From Clostridia bacterium (GTDB lineage Bacteria > Bacillota > Peptococcia > DRI-13 > UBA5745), in the NCBI GenBank assembly GCA_018434325.1, contig JAHDPO010000029.1, positions 22,784 to 86,783 on the forward strand: a DNA stretch of 64,000 nucleotides. Direction: 5' to 3'. Positions within the stretch are counted from its first letter, which is position 1, and every line of letters begins with the position of its first letter. The position numbers and the translations under genes were made by a program. Of the stretch, positions 55,592 to 64,000 are shown piece after piece. The notes under the pieces are model-generated. The model made no database searches. It had not been told where the DNA came from and worked only from the letters and a program-made list of their open reading frames with translations.

Positions 55592-56938
55592 TTACTCCCA
55601 CTCAATGGTTGCCGGCGGCTTCGGCGAAAGGTCGTAGAGCACCCGGTTGACCCCCGGCACCTCCGCCAAAATCCGGTTGGTGATTTTTTGCAGCAGGGCC
55701 CAATCAATTTGAGGGACCTCCGCCGTCATGGCGTCTACCGTATTGACCGCCCTCAAAATAACCGGATACTCGAAGGTGCGGGCTCCATCCTTCATGCCGA
55801 CGGATTTGAAATTCGGCACCACCGTAAAGTACTGCCAGACTTGGCGGTCAAGGCCGGCTGCGGCAAATTCCTCCCGCAAGATGGCGTCGGCTTCCCGCAG
55901 GGAATGAAGCCTGTCGGCGGTGATGGCGCCCAGGCAGCGGACGCCTAAACCGGGGCCGGGGAAGGGCTGGCGGTAAACCATGGTTTCCGGCAGGCCAAGC
56001 TCCAGGCCGCAGGCCCGGACTTCGTCTTTAAATAAGAATTTTATTGGCTCCACCAATTGGAATTTCATATCTTCCGGCAGGCCGCCTACATTATGGTGGC
56101 TTTTGACGACTTTTGCGGTCTTGGTGCCGCTTTCGGCAATATCGGGATAAATGGTGCCCTGGGCCAGAAAGTCCATCTTGCCCAGTTTGGCGGCTTCTTC
56201 TTCAAAAAGCCGGATAAATTCGCTGCCGATGATTTTGCGCTTTTCTTCGGGATCGGCTACGCCGGAGAGTTTGCCGAGAAAACGGTCGGAAGCATCTACA
56301 TAAACAAGATTGGCCTCTAATTGCTGCCGGAAGACTTCCACCACTTGCTCGCTTTCGCCTTTGCGCATCAGACCGTGGTTAACATGGACGCAATGGAGCT
56401 GTTTGCCGATGGCCTTAATGAGCAAAGCGGCCACCACCGAAGAATCCACGCCGCCGGAAAGAGCCAGCAGAACCTGCTTGTCCCCCACTTGCTGGCGAAT
56501 CAGGGCTATCTGGTCGGCAATGAAGTTGGGCATGTTCCAATTGGCCTCAGCCTTGCAATCTTCAAAGATAAAGGGGGAGAGCAGGGCGGCTAAGTCCCGG
56601 TCATCAGCCGGCAGAGAATCGGCTTGGCGATAGGAGGCGGCGCTATCCTTAGCATTGCCGGCATCGATGCAGCCGGTACAGGGGTAGTCCACCAGTAAAA
56701 GGGGAATATCCAGAGAGAATAGCCAAGGCTCCACGGTGATGGGCTGGCCGTCTACTACGTTGTTTTTGCCGCCGTTGACGATGATGCCCCGCAGGTTTGG
56801 CATGGCTTCGATCTCCGGACGGGAGATGTCATGGGGATAAATTTCGCTGTATACGCCCAGGGTACGGATGGAGCGGGCAAGACGGACATTTTCTTCGCTG
56901 CCTAAGTCCAGGATCAGGATCAAGTCTTGTTTCATCAT
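55592..56938 (-). CDS. guaA: GMP synthase-like protein: intact ATP-pyrophosphatase/dimerisation domains, truncated and degenerate glutamine amidotransferase domain
   Basis: SGGVDSSV PP-loop, KSHHNVGGLP and a C-terminal PPATIEWE. Only 448 aa. The N-terminal ~90 aa align to GATase, but LGICYGMQ is replaced by LLVDYPCTG and the His/Glu part is deleted. Confidence 0.85.
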   Translation of the reverse strand: MMKQDLILILDLGSEENVRLARSIRTLGVYSEIYPHDISRPEIEAMPNLRGIIVNGGKNNVVDGQPITVEPWLFSLDIPLLLVDYPCTGCIDAGNAKDSAASYRQADSLPADDRDLAALLSPFIFEDCKAEANWNMPNFIADQIALIRQQVGDKQVLLALSGGVDSSVVAALLIKAIGKQLHCVHVNHGLMRKGESEQVVEVFRQQLEANLVYVDASDRFLGKLSGVADPEEKRKIIGSEFIRLFEEEAAKLGKMDFLAQGTIYPDIAESGTKTAKVVKSHHNVGGLPEDMKFQLVEPIKFLFKDEVRACGLELGLPETMVYRQPFPGPGLGVRCLGAITADRLHSLREADAILREEFAAAGLDRQVWQYFTVVPNFKSVGMKDGARTFEYPVILRAVNTVDAMTAEVPQIDWALLQKITNRILAEVPGVNRVLYDLSPKPPATIEWE

Positions 56939-56970
56939 AAGTAGGGCTCCTTTTCGTCAGGTTATGATTT

Positions 56971-56999
56971 ATTATACATGGCTTGGAGCCTTTTTTCAA
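56971..56999 (-). promoter_or_regulatory. Consensus sigma-A promoter TTGAAA-17 nt-TATAAT for guaA
   Basis: Read on the minus strand. The -10 box lies 32 nt upstream of the ATG, and AAGGAG lies in between. Confidence 0.7.
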
Positions 57000-57030
57000 T
57001 TTCTTCGGCGCTTGCAGCCGGGGCAGGGTA

Positions 57031-57167
57031 GGCAAAATTGCAGGTTTAAAGTGTATTGGCAGTGCCGGAGTACTGCTTTTTAATCATATTGGGATATATA
57101 TAGTGTGCCGGTCTGTATGCGACCGCTATTCTAAAGGGACAGCACACTTTAAACTTGCAAATTTTGA
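57031..57167 (-). repeat. MITE-like element, copy 5 (inverted orientation)
   Basis: GGCAAAATTGCAGGTTTAAAGTGT...CTATTCTAAAGGGACAGCACACTTTAAACTTGCAAATTTTGA. Confidence 0.8.
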
Positions 57168-57256
57168 CTGGCTGTATATAAAAAAACGGCGCCGAACCAT
57201 GGCCGGCGCCGCTGTCCTTTTTGTGGAGGCAATTTGTCGCAAGGGATGAGAAACGA

Positions 57257-58681
57257 TCAGATGCCGATGGCTACCGCAATAACCAGCATGATCATTTGCG
57301 CCACATAGATGATGCCGAAAAGAGGGATAAAAAACCGCAGCCATTTGTCATAGGGGATGCCGGAGAGGCCGCAGACGATGGTGATGCTGCAGGTGGGCCA
57401 CAGCAGATTGGATAAGCCGTCGCCGAACTGGAAGGCCATAATCACTGTTTCCCTGGTGAGCCCCAGGATATCGCCGATGGGGGCCATAATCGGAATAGTA
57501 ATGGCCGCCTGACCGGATCCGGAAGGAACAATAAAGTTGAAGAGAGTCTGAATAACCAGCATGCCCTGGGCGGCCAGCATCGGAGGCAGGCCCTCCAGGT
57601 TGGAAACCATGCCGTGGATAATGGTATCGACGATCATGCCTTCCTGGAGCAGCACCAGAGTGGCCCGGGCAAGACCGGTGACTAAAGCGCCGAAAGCTAC
57701 GGACTTAGCGCCTTCCAGAAACTCCTTGGCAATTTTGTCGGTATTCCAGCCGTCGATGATAGCGGCCAAAATCCCCATCAGGACAAAGACGGCGGTCAGC
57801 TGGATCATGCCCCAGCCCTGCTTGATGGAGCCGTAAATAATCCAGACAAGGGCCAGCACGACTATGCCTAAAATAGCCTTATGCTTGCCGGTCATGCTGA
57901 CGCTGATCAGCTCATCATGGTCGGTGACGGCTTCTAGCTTGATGCCCAGCTCATCAACGGAAACGAGGCTGGCGGAGGGATCCTTTTTCAGCTTGGCGCC
58001 GTAGCGCAAGATCCAGAAGATAGCGATGGAACAAAACAGGATGAAGCAGACAACCCTGAAGGGGGTATTGCTGTACAGAGGAACTCCGGCAATGCTTTGG
58101 GCAACAACTACGGTAAAGGGATTCATGATGGAGCCCATGAAGCCGATAAAGGCGCCTAAAGCGACAATGGCCGTGCCGAAGAGGGCGTCGTAGCCCAAGG
58201 CTATGCCCAGGCCGACGAAAATAGGATAGAAGCCGTTGTATTCGTTGAGCATACCAAAAAGTGAGCTGCCCAGAGCGAAAACCAGGAACATAATAGGTAC
58301 CAGTATTTTGTCCTTGCCTTTGAATTTCTTGAGCAGATTGGCCAGCAAAGCATTAAATGCACCGGTCTTGATAATCATGCTGAAAGCGCCGTTAACCAGG
58401 AAAATCAGCATGACAACGTCGGCGCCGGCGATTAAGCCTTTATGGAAAGAACCGAAGAAATCAATAATTCCGGCTTGCTTTGCTCCGCTGGGATCAATAG
58501 AGGCGTAAGAGCCGGGTACCACCAGATTTCGCATGGTGCCGTTGACGTCTACTTTTTCATATTGATATTGTCCGGGAGGCAATACCCAGGTTAAAATAGC
58601 GGCAAGTAAGGCCAGAAAGAACAAAAGGACAAAGGTATGGGGAACTTTTATCCGTTTTTTTTCTTTTTTCTCAACACTCAT
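57257..58681 (-). CDS. YfcC/DcuC-family membrane transporter
   Basis: 474 aa. The N-terminus KVPHTFVLLFFLALLAAILTWVLPPGQY is typical of the YfcC family, followed by multiple TM segments. 4-nt overlap with the upstream amidohydrolase. Confidence 0.8.
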   Translation of the reverse strand: MSVEKKEKKRIKVPHTFVLLFFLALLAAILTWVLPPGQYQYEKVDVNGTMRNLVVPGSYASIDPSGAKQAGIIDFFGSFHKGLIAGADVVMLIFLVNGAFSMIIKTGAFNALLANLLKKFKGKDKILVPIMFLVFALGSSLFGMLNEYNGFYPIFVGLGIALGYDALFGTAIVALGAFIGFMGSIMNPFTVVVAQSIAGVPLYSNTPFRVVCFILFCSIAIFWILRYGAKLKKDPSASLVSVDELGIKLEAVTDHDELISVSMTGKHKAILGIVVLALVWIIYGSIKQGWGMIQLTAVFVLMGILAAIIDGWNTDKIAKEFLEGAKSVAFGALVTGLARATLVLLQEGMIVDTIIHGMVSNLEGLPPMLAAQGMLVIQTLFNFIVPSGSGQAAITIPIMAPIGDILGLTRETVIMAFQFGDGLSNLLWPTCSITIVCGLSGIPYDKWLRFFIPLFGIIYVAQMIMLVIAVAIGI

Positions 58682-59892
58682 GATTTTGCTCCTCTCAAAT
58701 AATCATAGGCTACTTTAGCGTGAACCGCACTCATCACCGGAAGGGCGTCTTCGTCGATGTTGAATTGACCGTTGTGTAAAGGGACAGTGGGGGTTTTGGC
58801 TGGATTGGCTACCCCTGCCTGATAGAAGCAGCCGGGGACATGCTCCAGAAAAATACCGAAATCTTCCGTGCCCATGGTGGGGTGAGCCACAGGAAAGAGC
58901 TTATCCTCGCCCAGTAATTCGGCAATTGAGCTGCAGGCCAGCCGCGTCATGGCCTCGTCGTTGACTACACCGGGATAGCTGGTACGGATTTCGATTTCTG
59001 CTGTGGCGCCGTGGGCCTGGACAATGCCTTCCACGATGCGGCGGAATGCTGCTACGGTCTTTTGGCGCATTTCCGGGCCCAGCGTACGGATGATGCCGCT
59101 CATTTTTACCTCTTCGGCAATGGCGTTGCGCTGAGTGCCACCATGGAAGGTGCCGACGGTGATGACGGCGGAGTCCAGGGGATTGGTTTCCCGGCTGACG
59201 TAAAGCTGCAGGGCCCCGACGACCTGAGCGGCAACGGCGATGGCGTCAATGCCCAGATGGGGGCTGGCCCCGTGGCTGCCGAAGCCTTTGACGGTAATGT
59301 CAAAAGGATTGGAAGCGGCATAGGATTTGCCCGGGCGGGCTCCCATATATCCCACGGGGATGCCGGGGCTCACATGGGCGCCGAACATGGCGGTGACTTG
59401 CGGGTTTTCCAGGGCGCCTTCGGCAATCATTTGCTCAGCGCCGCCGTCGCCTTCCTCGTCGGGCTGAAAGAAAAACTTCACGTTTCCCGGCAGATCCTGC
59501 CGGCAGGCAGCCAGGATTTTTGCTGTTCCCAGGAGTGCAGCGGTGTGGCAGTCATGGCCGCAGGCGTGCATCAGGCCGGGCCGCCGTGAGGCGTAGGATA
59601 CTCCTGTTTGTTCTTCGATTTTCAAGGCGTCCATATCGGCCCGCAAGCCAACGGTAGAAATTGCACCCGGATTGACGTCAACGCCGGCTCCGCCTCCTTC
59701 AAGGAGCCCCAAAACACCGGTGCCGGCAATTCTTTGGGTTTTGATACCTAAGTTTTGCAAATACTCCTCCACCAGCTTCTGCGTTTCTACTTCGGTTTTT
59801 CCTATTTCCGGGTACTGGTGGATCCTCCTGCGCAAATCAATAATCTCATCTTTGATACTCAGGGCTGCTTCCATAAAATCAAGCTGTTGCAT
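58678..59892 (-). CDS. M20-family amidohydrolase (N-acyl-amino acid / hippurate hydrolase-like)
   Basis: IHQYPEIG, RADMDAL, ACGHDCH and FQPDEEG metal-binding motifs. ATG 59892 lies after GGAGG. Confidence 0.85.
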   Translation of the reverse strand: MQQLDFMEAALSIKDEIIDLRRRIHQYPEIGKTEVETQKLVEEYLQNLGIKTQRIAGTGVLGLLEGGGAGVDVNPGAISTVGLRADMDALKIEEQTGVSYASRRPGLMHACGHDCHTAALLGTAKILAACRQDLPGNVKFFFQPDEEGDGGAEQMIAEGALENPQVTAMFGAHVSPGIPVGYMGARPGKSYAASNPFDITVKGFGSHGASPHLGIDAIAVAAQVVGALQLYVSRETNPLDSAVITVGTFHGGTQRNAIAEEVKMSGIIRTLGPEMRQKTVAAFRRIVEGIVQAHGATAEIEIRTSYPGVVNDEAMTRLACSSIAELLGEDKLFPVAHPTMGTEDFGIFLEHVPGCFYQAGVANPAKTPTVPLHNGQFNIDEDALPVMSAVHAKVAYDYLRGAKS

Positions 59893-59933
59893 AATAATCG
59901 CCTCCTTTCTTAATTGTAATTGTAATTTACAGA

Positions 59934-59951
59934 TTGCAAGTTTTATGCCTA
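59934..59951 (-). promoter_or_regulatory. Sigma-54 (-24/-12) promoter AGGCAT-AAAAC-TTGCA
   Basis: The minus strand reads ATAGGCATAAAACTTGCAAT, with GG and GC in the canonical spacing. It lies ~45 nt upstream of the amidohydrolase ATG, and a divergent sigma-54 activator is adjacent. Confidence 0.7.
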
Positions 59952-60012
59952 TGGAAGGGCAAAAGGAAAAAAGTCTGCAAAGTCTGATAGAACAGGAAAA
60001 AAACATCTGAAA

Positions 60013-60041
60013 GTTGAAGAAAGGTGAAATTTTCTGTATAA
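60013..60041 (+). promoter_or_regulatory. Sigma-A-like promoter TTGAAG-17 nt-TATAAT for the activator gene
   Basis: Read directly. Confidence 0.55.
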
Positions 60042-60092
60042 TAGAAAAAACCTAGGTTTAGCCTAGGGCGAAAGATGAAAAAGGAGAAGCCT

Positions 60093-62273
60093 ATGGTAAA
60101 ATTACCGGTTTTGGCCGTATTGGCCATCAAGGAAGAACTCATCGAATGGAACTGCGCCCAATTACAAGAACTCATTGGGGATTCCATAGAGATCCGGGGC
60201 TATTCCATGCATGATCCCCGTTTGCGGATGTTTGACCCGAAAGCTGACCTTTGCCTTGTGGTAGGACCCAAAGATTTAGCGGCCCGTATTATTGCCATGC
60301 TCCGTCCTGATGTGAAGTATATCGTCAAAGAGCGTTCTTTGGACTTAGTGAAGCTTCACTTGCTGCAGCAAATACCGGAAGGCTCCGACGTCTTGATGGT
60401 CAACGACGTGTACCTTAATTCCCTTGAAGTTATCGATGAGCTGAATAAGATAACCTTTCATACCATGAAGATGTATCCTTACGCCCCCGATGCTCCGCTG
60501 GCCGTGCAGGGGGATGCCGCGGCTTACCGCCGGCCTGACGGCAGCCCTTTTCAATATGCCGTTACGGCAGGAGAGCCCCATTTGGTGCCGCCGGAAATCC
60601 CTGTGGTGGTGGATATCGGTTACCGCCAGATCAATATTATGACGGTGGCCGATATTTTGCGCTGCCTGAAAAAAGACCAGAGCATGGATTCAATGGTAGG
60701 CATCCGCTATATGCGGCCTTTTGCCAATCTCAGCATGATGATGGCTAAAAAGAATCGAGAGGTGTCTTTGCTCCAGGCCCAGCTGGCTTCGGTTATTGCC
60801 AATATGGAAAACGGCATACTCCTGGTTAATGAAAGTCAGGAAATTTTAATTTTTAATGAGAGCGCTCAAAAAATACTAGGGGAAAAGGCTTTATTGGGCC
60901 GGCTGGCCAGGGAATTTCTTGGCGATGAATTTCTTCCGGATAATCCTGGGAAAAAATTTATTCACATCCAAGGCAGCCTGGTTTATATCACTGTTACGGA
61001 GATCGTAGCCTCCTTCCAGGTGGGGAAGTGCTATCTGATCAGCATTGAGAGTATGGAGCAGCTGCAAAATATTGGCTGGGATTATCAGAAGCAGGTGAGT
61101 CAGGCCAATAAAGCCCGCTATCGCTTTCGGGACATCATTTTTCGCAGCCAGGCGATGGGCAGGGTGGTGGAGAAGGCCTGGAGCTTTGCTAAAAGCAATG
61201 CCAATATTTTGATCACCGGCGAAAGCGGCACCGGCAAGGAACTTTTGGCTCAAGCCATTCATAATGCATCCAGCCGCAAAATGGCGCCGTTTCTGGCTAT
61301 CAATTGCGGAGCTTTGACGGAGACTCTTCTGGAAAGCGAGCTGTTTGGCTATGAGGAGGGCGCTTTCACCGGGGCCAAAAAGGGCGGCAAGAAGGGCCTT
61401 TTTGAACTGACTCACGGCGGTACTTTATTTTTGGATGAGATCGGTGATACGCCTCGTAATATCCAAGTTAAGCTTCTTAGAGCATTGCAGGAAAAGGAGA
61501 TATTGCGGGTAGGGGGCAATAGGACGATTCCCGTAGATGTGCGGATAATTGCCGCCACTAATCAGAATTTGATTGAACTGCAGCGCCAGGGCCTTTTTCG
61601 GCAGGACCTGTATTATCGGCTCAATACCCTACCCTTGACTATTCCCCCTTTACGGCAGCGGAGAGAGGACATTGAGCCTTTATTTGTGTATTTGATGAAT
61701 AAGGCCATAAGCCGCCAGCAAAAGACAACCCGGCAGATGAAGCTCAGCCCGGAGGCTATTGTTCTGCTGGAGAATCACTCCTGGCCCGGCAACGTGCGGG
61801 AACTGGAAAATATGGTTGCCTACCTGCTGAGCCTGGGCGCCTTGGACAAAGGCCAGGCCGCTGCCATCAAGGAATTGCTGGCGGTGGGAGAGAGAGCGGA
61901 AGAAACCGGGCAAGAAAGCATAAAGACCAATCAGCCGGACATAAATCAGCCGGGCACAAATCAGCGGGGCCCAAAGCAGCCGCCGCAGAGCAAAAACCTT
62001 CATTCCCTGACCGGTCATTTTTCCAGTCATCAAATGAAGGCGGAGTGCGAGGCGATTTTGCGAGTTTTGCTGAGCGCTAAAAATAGCGGAATAGGCTTGA
62101 TCGGCCGGGGGGATTTGCAGCGTTGTCTGCGCCAGGAAGAAGAACTGATTTTATCCCTGGATCAAATCAAGCTGCGTCTAAATGCCCTGCGCAGCTTTGG
62201 CTATGTGGAAGCCAAAATGGGCAAGGGCCATTATTTGCTGGCGGCGGGTGAGGAATATATCGCCCATGCCTGA
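60093..62273 (+). CDS. Sigma-54-dependent transcriptional activator (N-terminal sensory region, PAS, AAA+ with GAFTGA) with atypical C-terminal region
   Basis: GESGTGKELLAQAIH Walker A, GAFTGA loop, TLFLDEIGD and GNVRELEN. ATG 60093 lies after AAGGAG (the track ATG is 60075). No recognisable Fis-type HTH at the C-terminus. Confidence 0.85.
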   Translation: MVKLPVLAVLAIKEELIEWNCAQLQELIGDSIEIRGYSMHDPRLRMFDPKADLCLVVGPKDLAARIIAMLRPDVKYIVKERSLDLVKLHLLQQIPEGSDVLMVNDVYLNSLEVIDELNKITFHTMKMYPYAPDAPLAVQGDAAAYRRPDGSPFQYAVTAGEPHLVPPEIPVVVDIGYRQINIMTVADILRCLKKDQSMDSMVGIRYMRPFANLSMMMAKKNREVSLLQAQLASVIANMENGILLVNESQEILIFNESAQKILGEKALLGRLAREFLGDEFLPDNPGKKFIHIQGSLVYITVTEIVASFQVGKCYLISIESMEQLQNIGWDYQKQVSQANKARYRFRDIIFRSQAMGRVVEKAWSFAKSNANILITGESGTGKELLAQAIHNASSRKMAPFLAINCGALTETLLESELFGYEEGAFTGAKKGGKKGLFELTHGGTLFLDEIGDTPRNIQVKLLRALQEKEILRVGGNRTIPVDVRIIAATNQNLIELQRQGLFRQDLYYRLNTLPLTIPPLRQRREDIEPLFVYLMNKAISRQQKTTRQMKLSPEAIVLLENHSWPGNVRELENMVAYLLSLGALDKGQAAAIKELLAVGERAEETGQESIKTNQPDINQPGTNQRGPKQPPQSKNLHSLTGHFSSHQMKAECEAILRVLLSAKNSGIGLIGRGDLQRCLRQEEELILSLDQIKLRLNALRSFGYVEAKMGKGHYLLAAGEEYIAHA

Positions 62274-62290
62274 ACCCGGAATCCGGTGTA

Positions 62291-62995
62291 TTACGACAGC
62301 AGCCGTTTGACGATTTCCTGATAGGCTTCTTCCACACCGCCCAAATCCTGGCGGAAGCGGTCTTTATCAAGCTTTTTACCGGTTTTGGCATCCCAAAGCC
62401 GGCAGGTATCCGGTGAAATTTCGTCGGCCAGAATGATTTCGCCCTGAAAGCGGCCGAATTCCAGCTTGAAATCGATGAGCTCCACCCCCAGGCTTAAAAG
62501 GTATGACGAAAGAATTTCGTTTATCCGAAAGGCGTATGCCGCCACCTTTGTCATCTCCTCATCATTTGCCAGCCCAAGGGCCCGAATGTAATAGGTATTG
62601 ATAAAGGGGTCGCCAAGCTCGTCGTCTTTGTAGCTGTATTCTAATATAACGCAATGCAAAGGCGTGCCTTCCGGGACGCCCATGCGCTTGGAAAAGCTGC
62701 CGGCAGCCCGGTTGCGGATAATTACCTCAAGGGGCAGAATGTCCACCCGCTTTACGGCAGTTTCCCTGTCCGAAAGCTGCTCTATATAATGGGTGGGAAT
62801 ACCCTCGTTCTCCAGAAGCTTAAAAAAATGATTGGAGATTTTGTTGTTTACCACGCCTTTGCCGCTGATCGTGCCCTTTTTCAAACCGTTGAAGGCTGTG
62901 GCGTCGTCTTTGTACTCAACGATGACCGTATTGGCGTCGCCGGTGGCAAAGACTTTTTTTGCTTTGCCCTCGTAAAGCTGTTTCAGCTTTTTCAT
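62291..62995 (-). CDS. purC: Phosphoribosylaminoimidazole-succinocarboxamide (SAICAR) synthase
   Basis: 234 aa. LYEGKAKKVF N-terminus and LADEISPDTCRLWD motif. Confidence 0.92.
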   Translation of the reverse strand: MKKLKQLYEGKAKKVFATGDANTVIVEYKDDATAFNGLKKGTISGKGVVNNKISNHFFKLLENEGIPTHYIEQLSDRETAVKRVDILPLEVIIRNRAAGSFSKRMGVPEGTPLHCVILEYSYKDDELGDPFINTYYIRALGLANDEEMTKVAAYAFRINEILSSYLLSLGVELIDFKLEFGRFQGEIILADEISPDTCRLWDAKTGKKLDKDRFRQDLGGVEEAYQEIVKRLLS

Positions 62996-63040
62996 GGGTT
63001 TTCATCTCCTTGCTTTCTTACTCCCGACCAATTCAAAGCT

Positions 63041-64000
63041 CTATTGTTGCAAAAAAACGTCATTCCGCTGCTTGGCCAGTTCGCGCAGTTCCTCGGTAAA
63101 CCCGTTTACGCTGAACAGGACATACCACAGCTTGCGGCTGTCTTTATGCCAATTGACCGCCGCCGCCTTCTTCTCCAGTTCCCGCAGGATATTGGCGCCC
63201 ACGGGTTCCTTCCAATACTTGCATTCGCCCAAAATCAGATTTCCGCCTTCGGCATCCAGGGCGGCAATGTCAATCTCTGTATCACCGCTCCAATACCGGC
63301 CCAGCTTTGAAAAATGAAAGGGCCAAATGTCCGCCCCATTCATATCCCACATCTTTTCACGGCAGATATCTTCATAGACAAAGGCCGCGTGATTACTGAC
63401 AAAACCGCCTTTGATCTTCTCCATCACAATTTGCAGGTTTCCGCTTTCGATCAGGCTTTGATTCGGATAGATGAATGCAAACCAAAACCGGATGTAGTTG
63501 TCTTTGATCCTATAGAGGCCTTTTTTGCTTTTTTCCGGCGCATCCTCCGTGACCGGCACCTGGCGCTCAATGAGCTCCAGATCAGCCAGGGTTTTCAGAT
63601 ACTTTGTCAAGCTGGTGGATTTAATCTCCAGGGCGGCGGCAATCGCAGACAGCTTGCTGTTGCCCGCGGCGATGGCTCTGATCACGGAGAAATAGCTGCC
63701 GATTTCTGTAACCTCCTGCTGCAGCAAGAAGTTGGGTTCATCATAGAGGTAGCCGGTGCGGTCCAGAACACATTCCCGGATTGCCTGATAGATATCATCC
63801 TGTCCCAGGAAGGATTCGATATACTTGGGAACGCCGCCGGTCACGGCATACATGTCAATCAATTGATGTTCGCTTCGCCCGGGAAAAAACTCGTGATAAT
63901 ATTTAAAGGGAACCGGCCCAAGGCGCATCTGGGCGGTGCGCCGCCCATACAGAGGACTGCCGTATGCCAGCGTCTGAGACACCATCATGGAGATTAAAGA
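63041..64000 (-). CDS. ATPase with C-terminal DUF234-like domain; N-terminal part outside window
   Basis: The ORF is open to the window end. The wHTH-like LTKYLKTLADLELIERQ and the C-terminal nuclease-like EIDIAALD...LGECKYW resemble DUF234. Confidence 0.65.
   Translation of the reverse strand, partial: SLISMMVSQTLAYGSPLYGRRTAQMRLGPVPFKYYHEFFPGRSEHQLIDMYAVTGGVPKYIESFLGQDDIYQAIRECVLDRTGYLYDEPNFLLQQEVTEIGSYFSVIRAIAAGNSKLSAIAAALEIKSTSLTKYLKTLADLELIERQVPVTEDAPEKSKKGLYRIKDNYIRFWFAFIYPNQSLIESGNLQIVMEKIKGGFVSNHAAFVYEDICREKMWDMNGADIWPFHFSKLGRYWSGDTEIDIAALDAEGGNLILGECKYWKEPVGANILRELEKKAAAVNWHKDSRKLWYVLFSVNGFTEELRELAKQRNDVFLQQ

Noticed and set aside
56939-57030. Expected purine riboswitch upstream of guaA
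   Set aside because: A consensus sigma-A promoter sits only ~32 nt from the ATG. That leaves no room for a ~70-nt aptamer, and no purine-riboswitch core sequence is visible.

Overview
The window looks like chromosomal DNA from an anaerobic, endospore-forming Firmicute (Clostridia-like), judged from spoVD/spoVE-type genes, spoIIGA-sigE and sigma-54 regulation. All calls come from reading the ORF translations and the DNA by eye; no searches or computations were run.

Layout:
- 1-14.1 kb: division/cell-wall (dcw) cluster on the + strand, in the order PBP, murE, mraY, murD, ftsW, murG, murC, murB, murA, ftsQ, ftsZ. murF, ddl and ftsA are absent, and two different repeat elements sit between cistrons.
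- 14.6-17.8 kb: a cNMP-binding/DUF2225 fusion protein, then spoIIGA-sigE.
- 17.8-21.2 kb: GNAT, ferredoxin, an orphan cytoplasmic molybdopterin oxidoreductase and a flavodoxin-like protein.
- 21.3-25.3 kb: zinc-uptake operon zur, small Cys/His membrane protein, znuA, znuC, znuB, lipoprotein.
- 25.4-27.2 kb: Uma2 endonuclease and pirin.
- 27.2-35.9 kb: YesMN-type two-component system, divergent from a first Opp/Dpp-type ABC importer.
- 36.1-40.4 kb: YheO-like regulator and two tandem tyrosine-phenol-lyase/tryptophanase-family paralogs.
- 40.5-45.2 kb: MCP, ABC-F ATPase and a DUF4143 ATPase.
- 45.4-54.8 kb: the most interesting locus. It is a tight nine-gene minus-strand operon. A second family-5 ABC importer is followed by three paralogous, signal-less proteins carrying an FMN_bind-like domain with an ApbE-type flavinylation motif. 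A signal-less ApbE flavin transferase closes the operon.
- 54.8-55.6 kb: repeat-rich junction with a tyrosine-recombinase remnant at the 3' end of guaA.
- 55.6-64 kb: a guaA-like gene with a degenerate glutaminase domain, a sigma-54-dependent M20 amidohydrolase/YfcC transporter unit with its divergent activator, purC, and a partial DUF234 ATPase.

Two dispersed repeat families recur:
- A 140-160 bp MITE-like element with about 25-bp terminal inverted repeats, in five copies.
- A composite element of about 94 nt built from 33-nt cores, at two loci.

I saw no tRNA, rRNA or CRISPR array.
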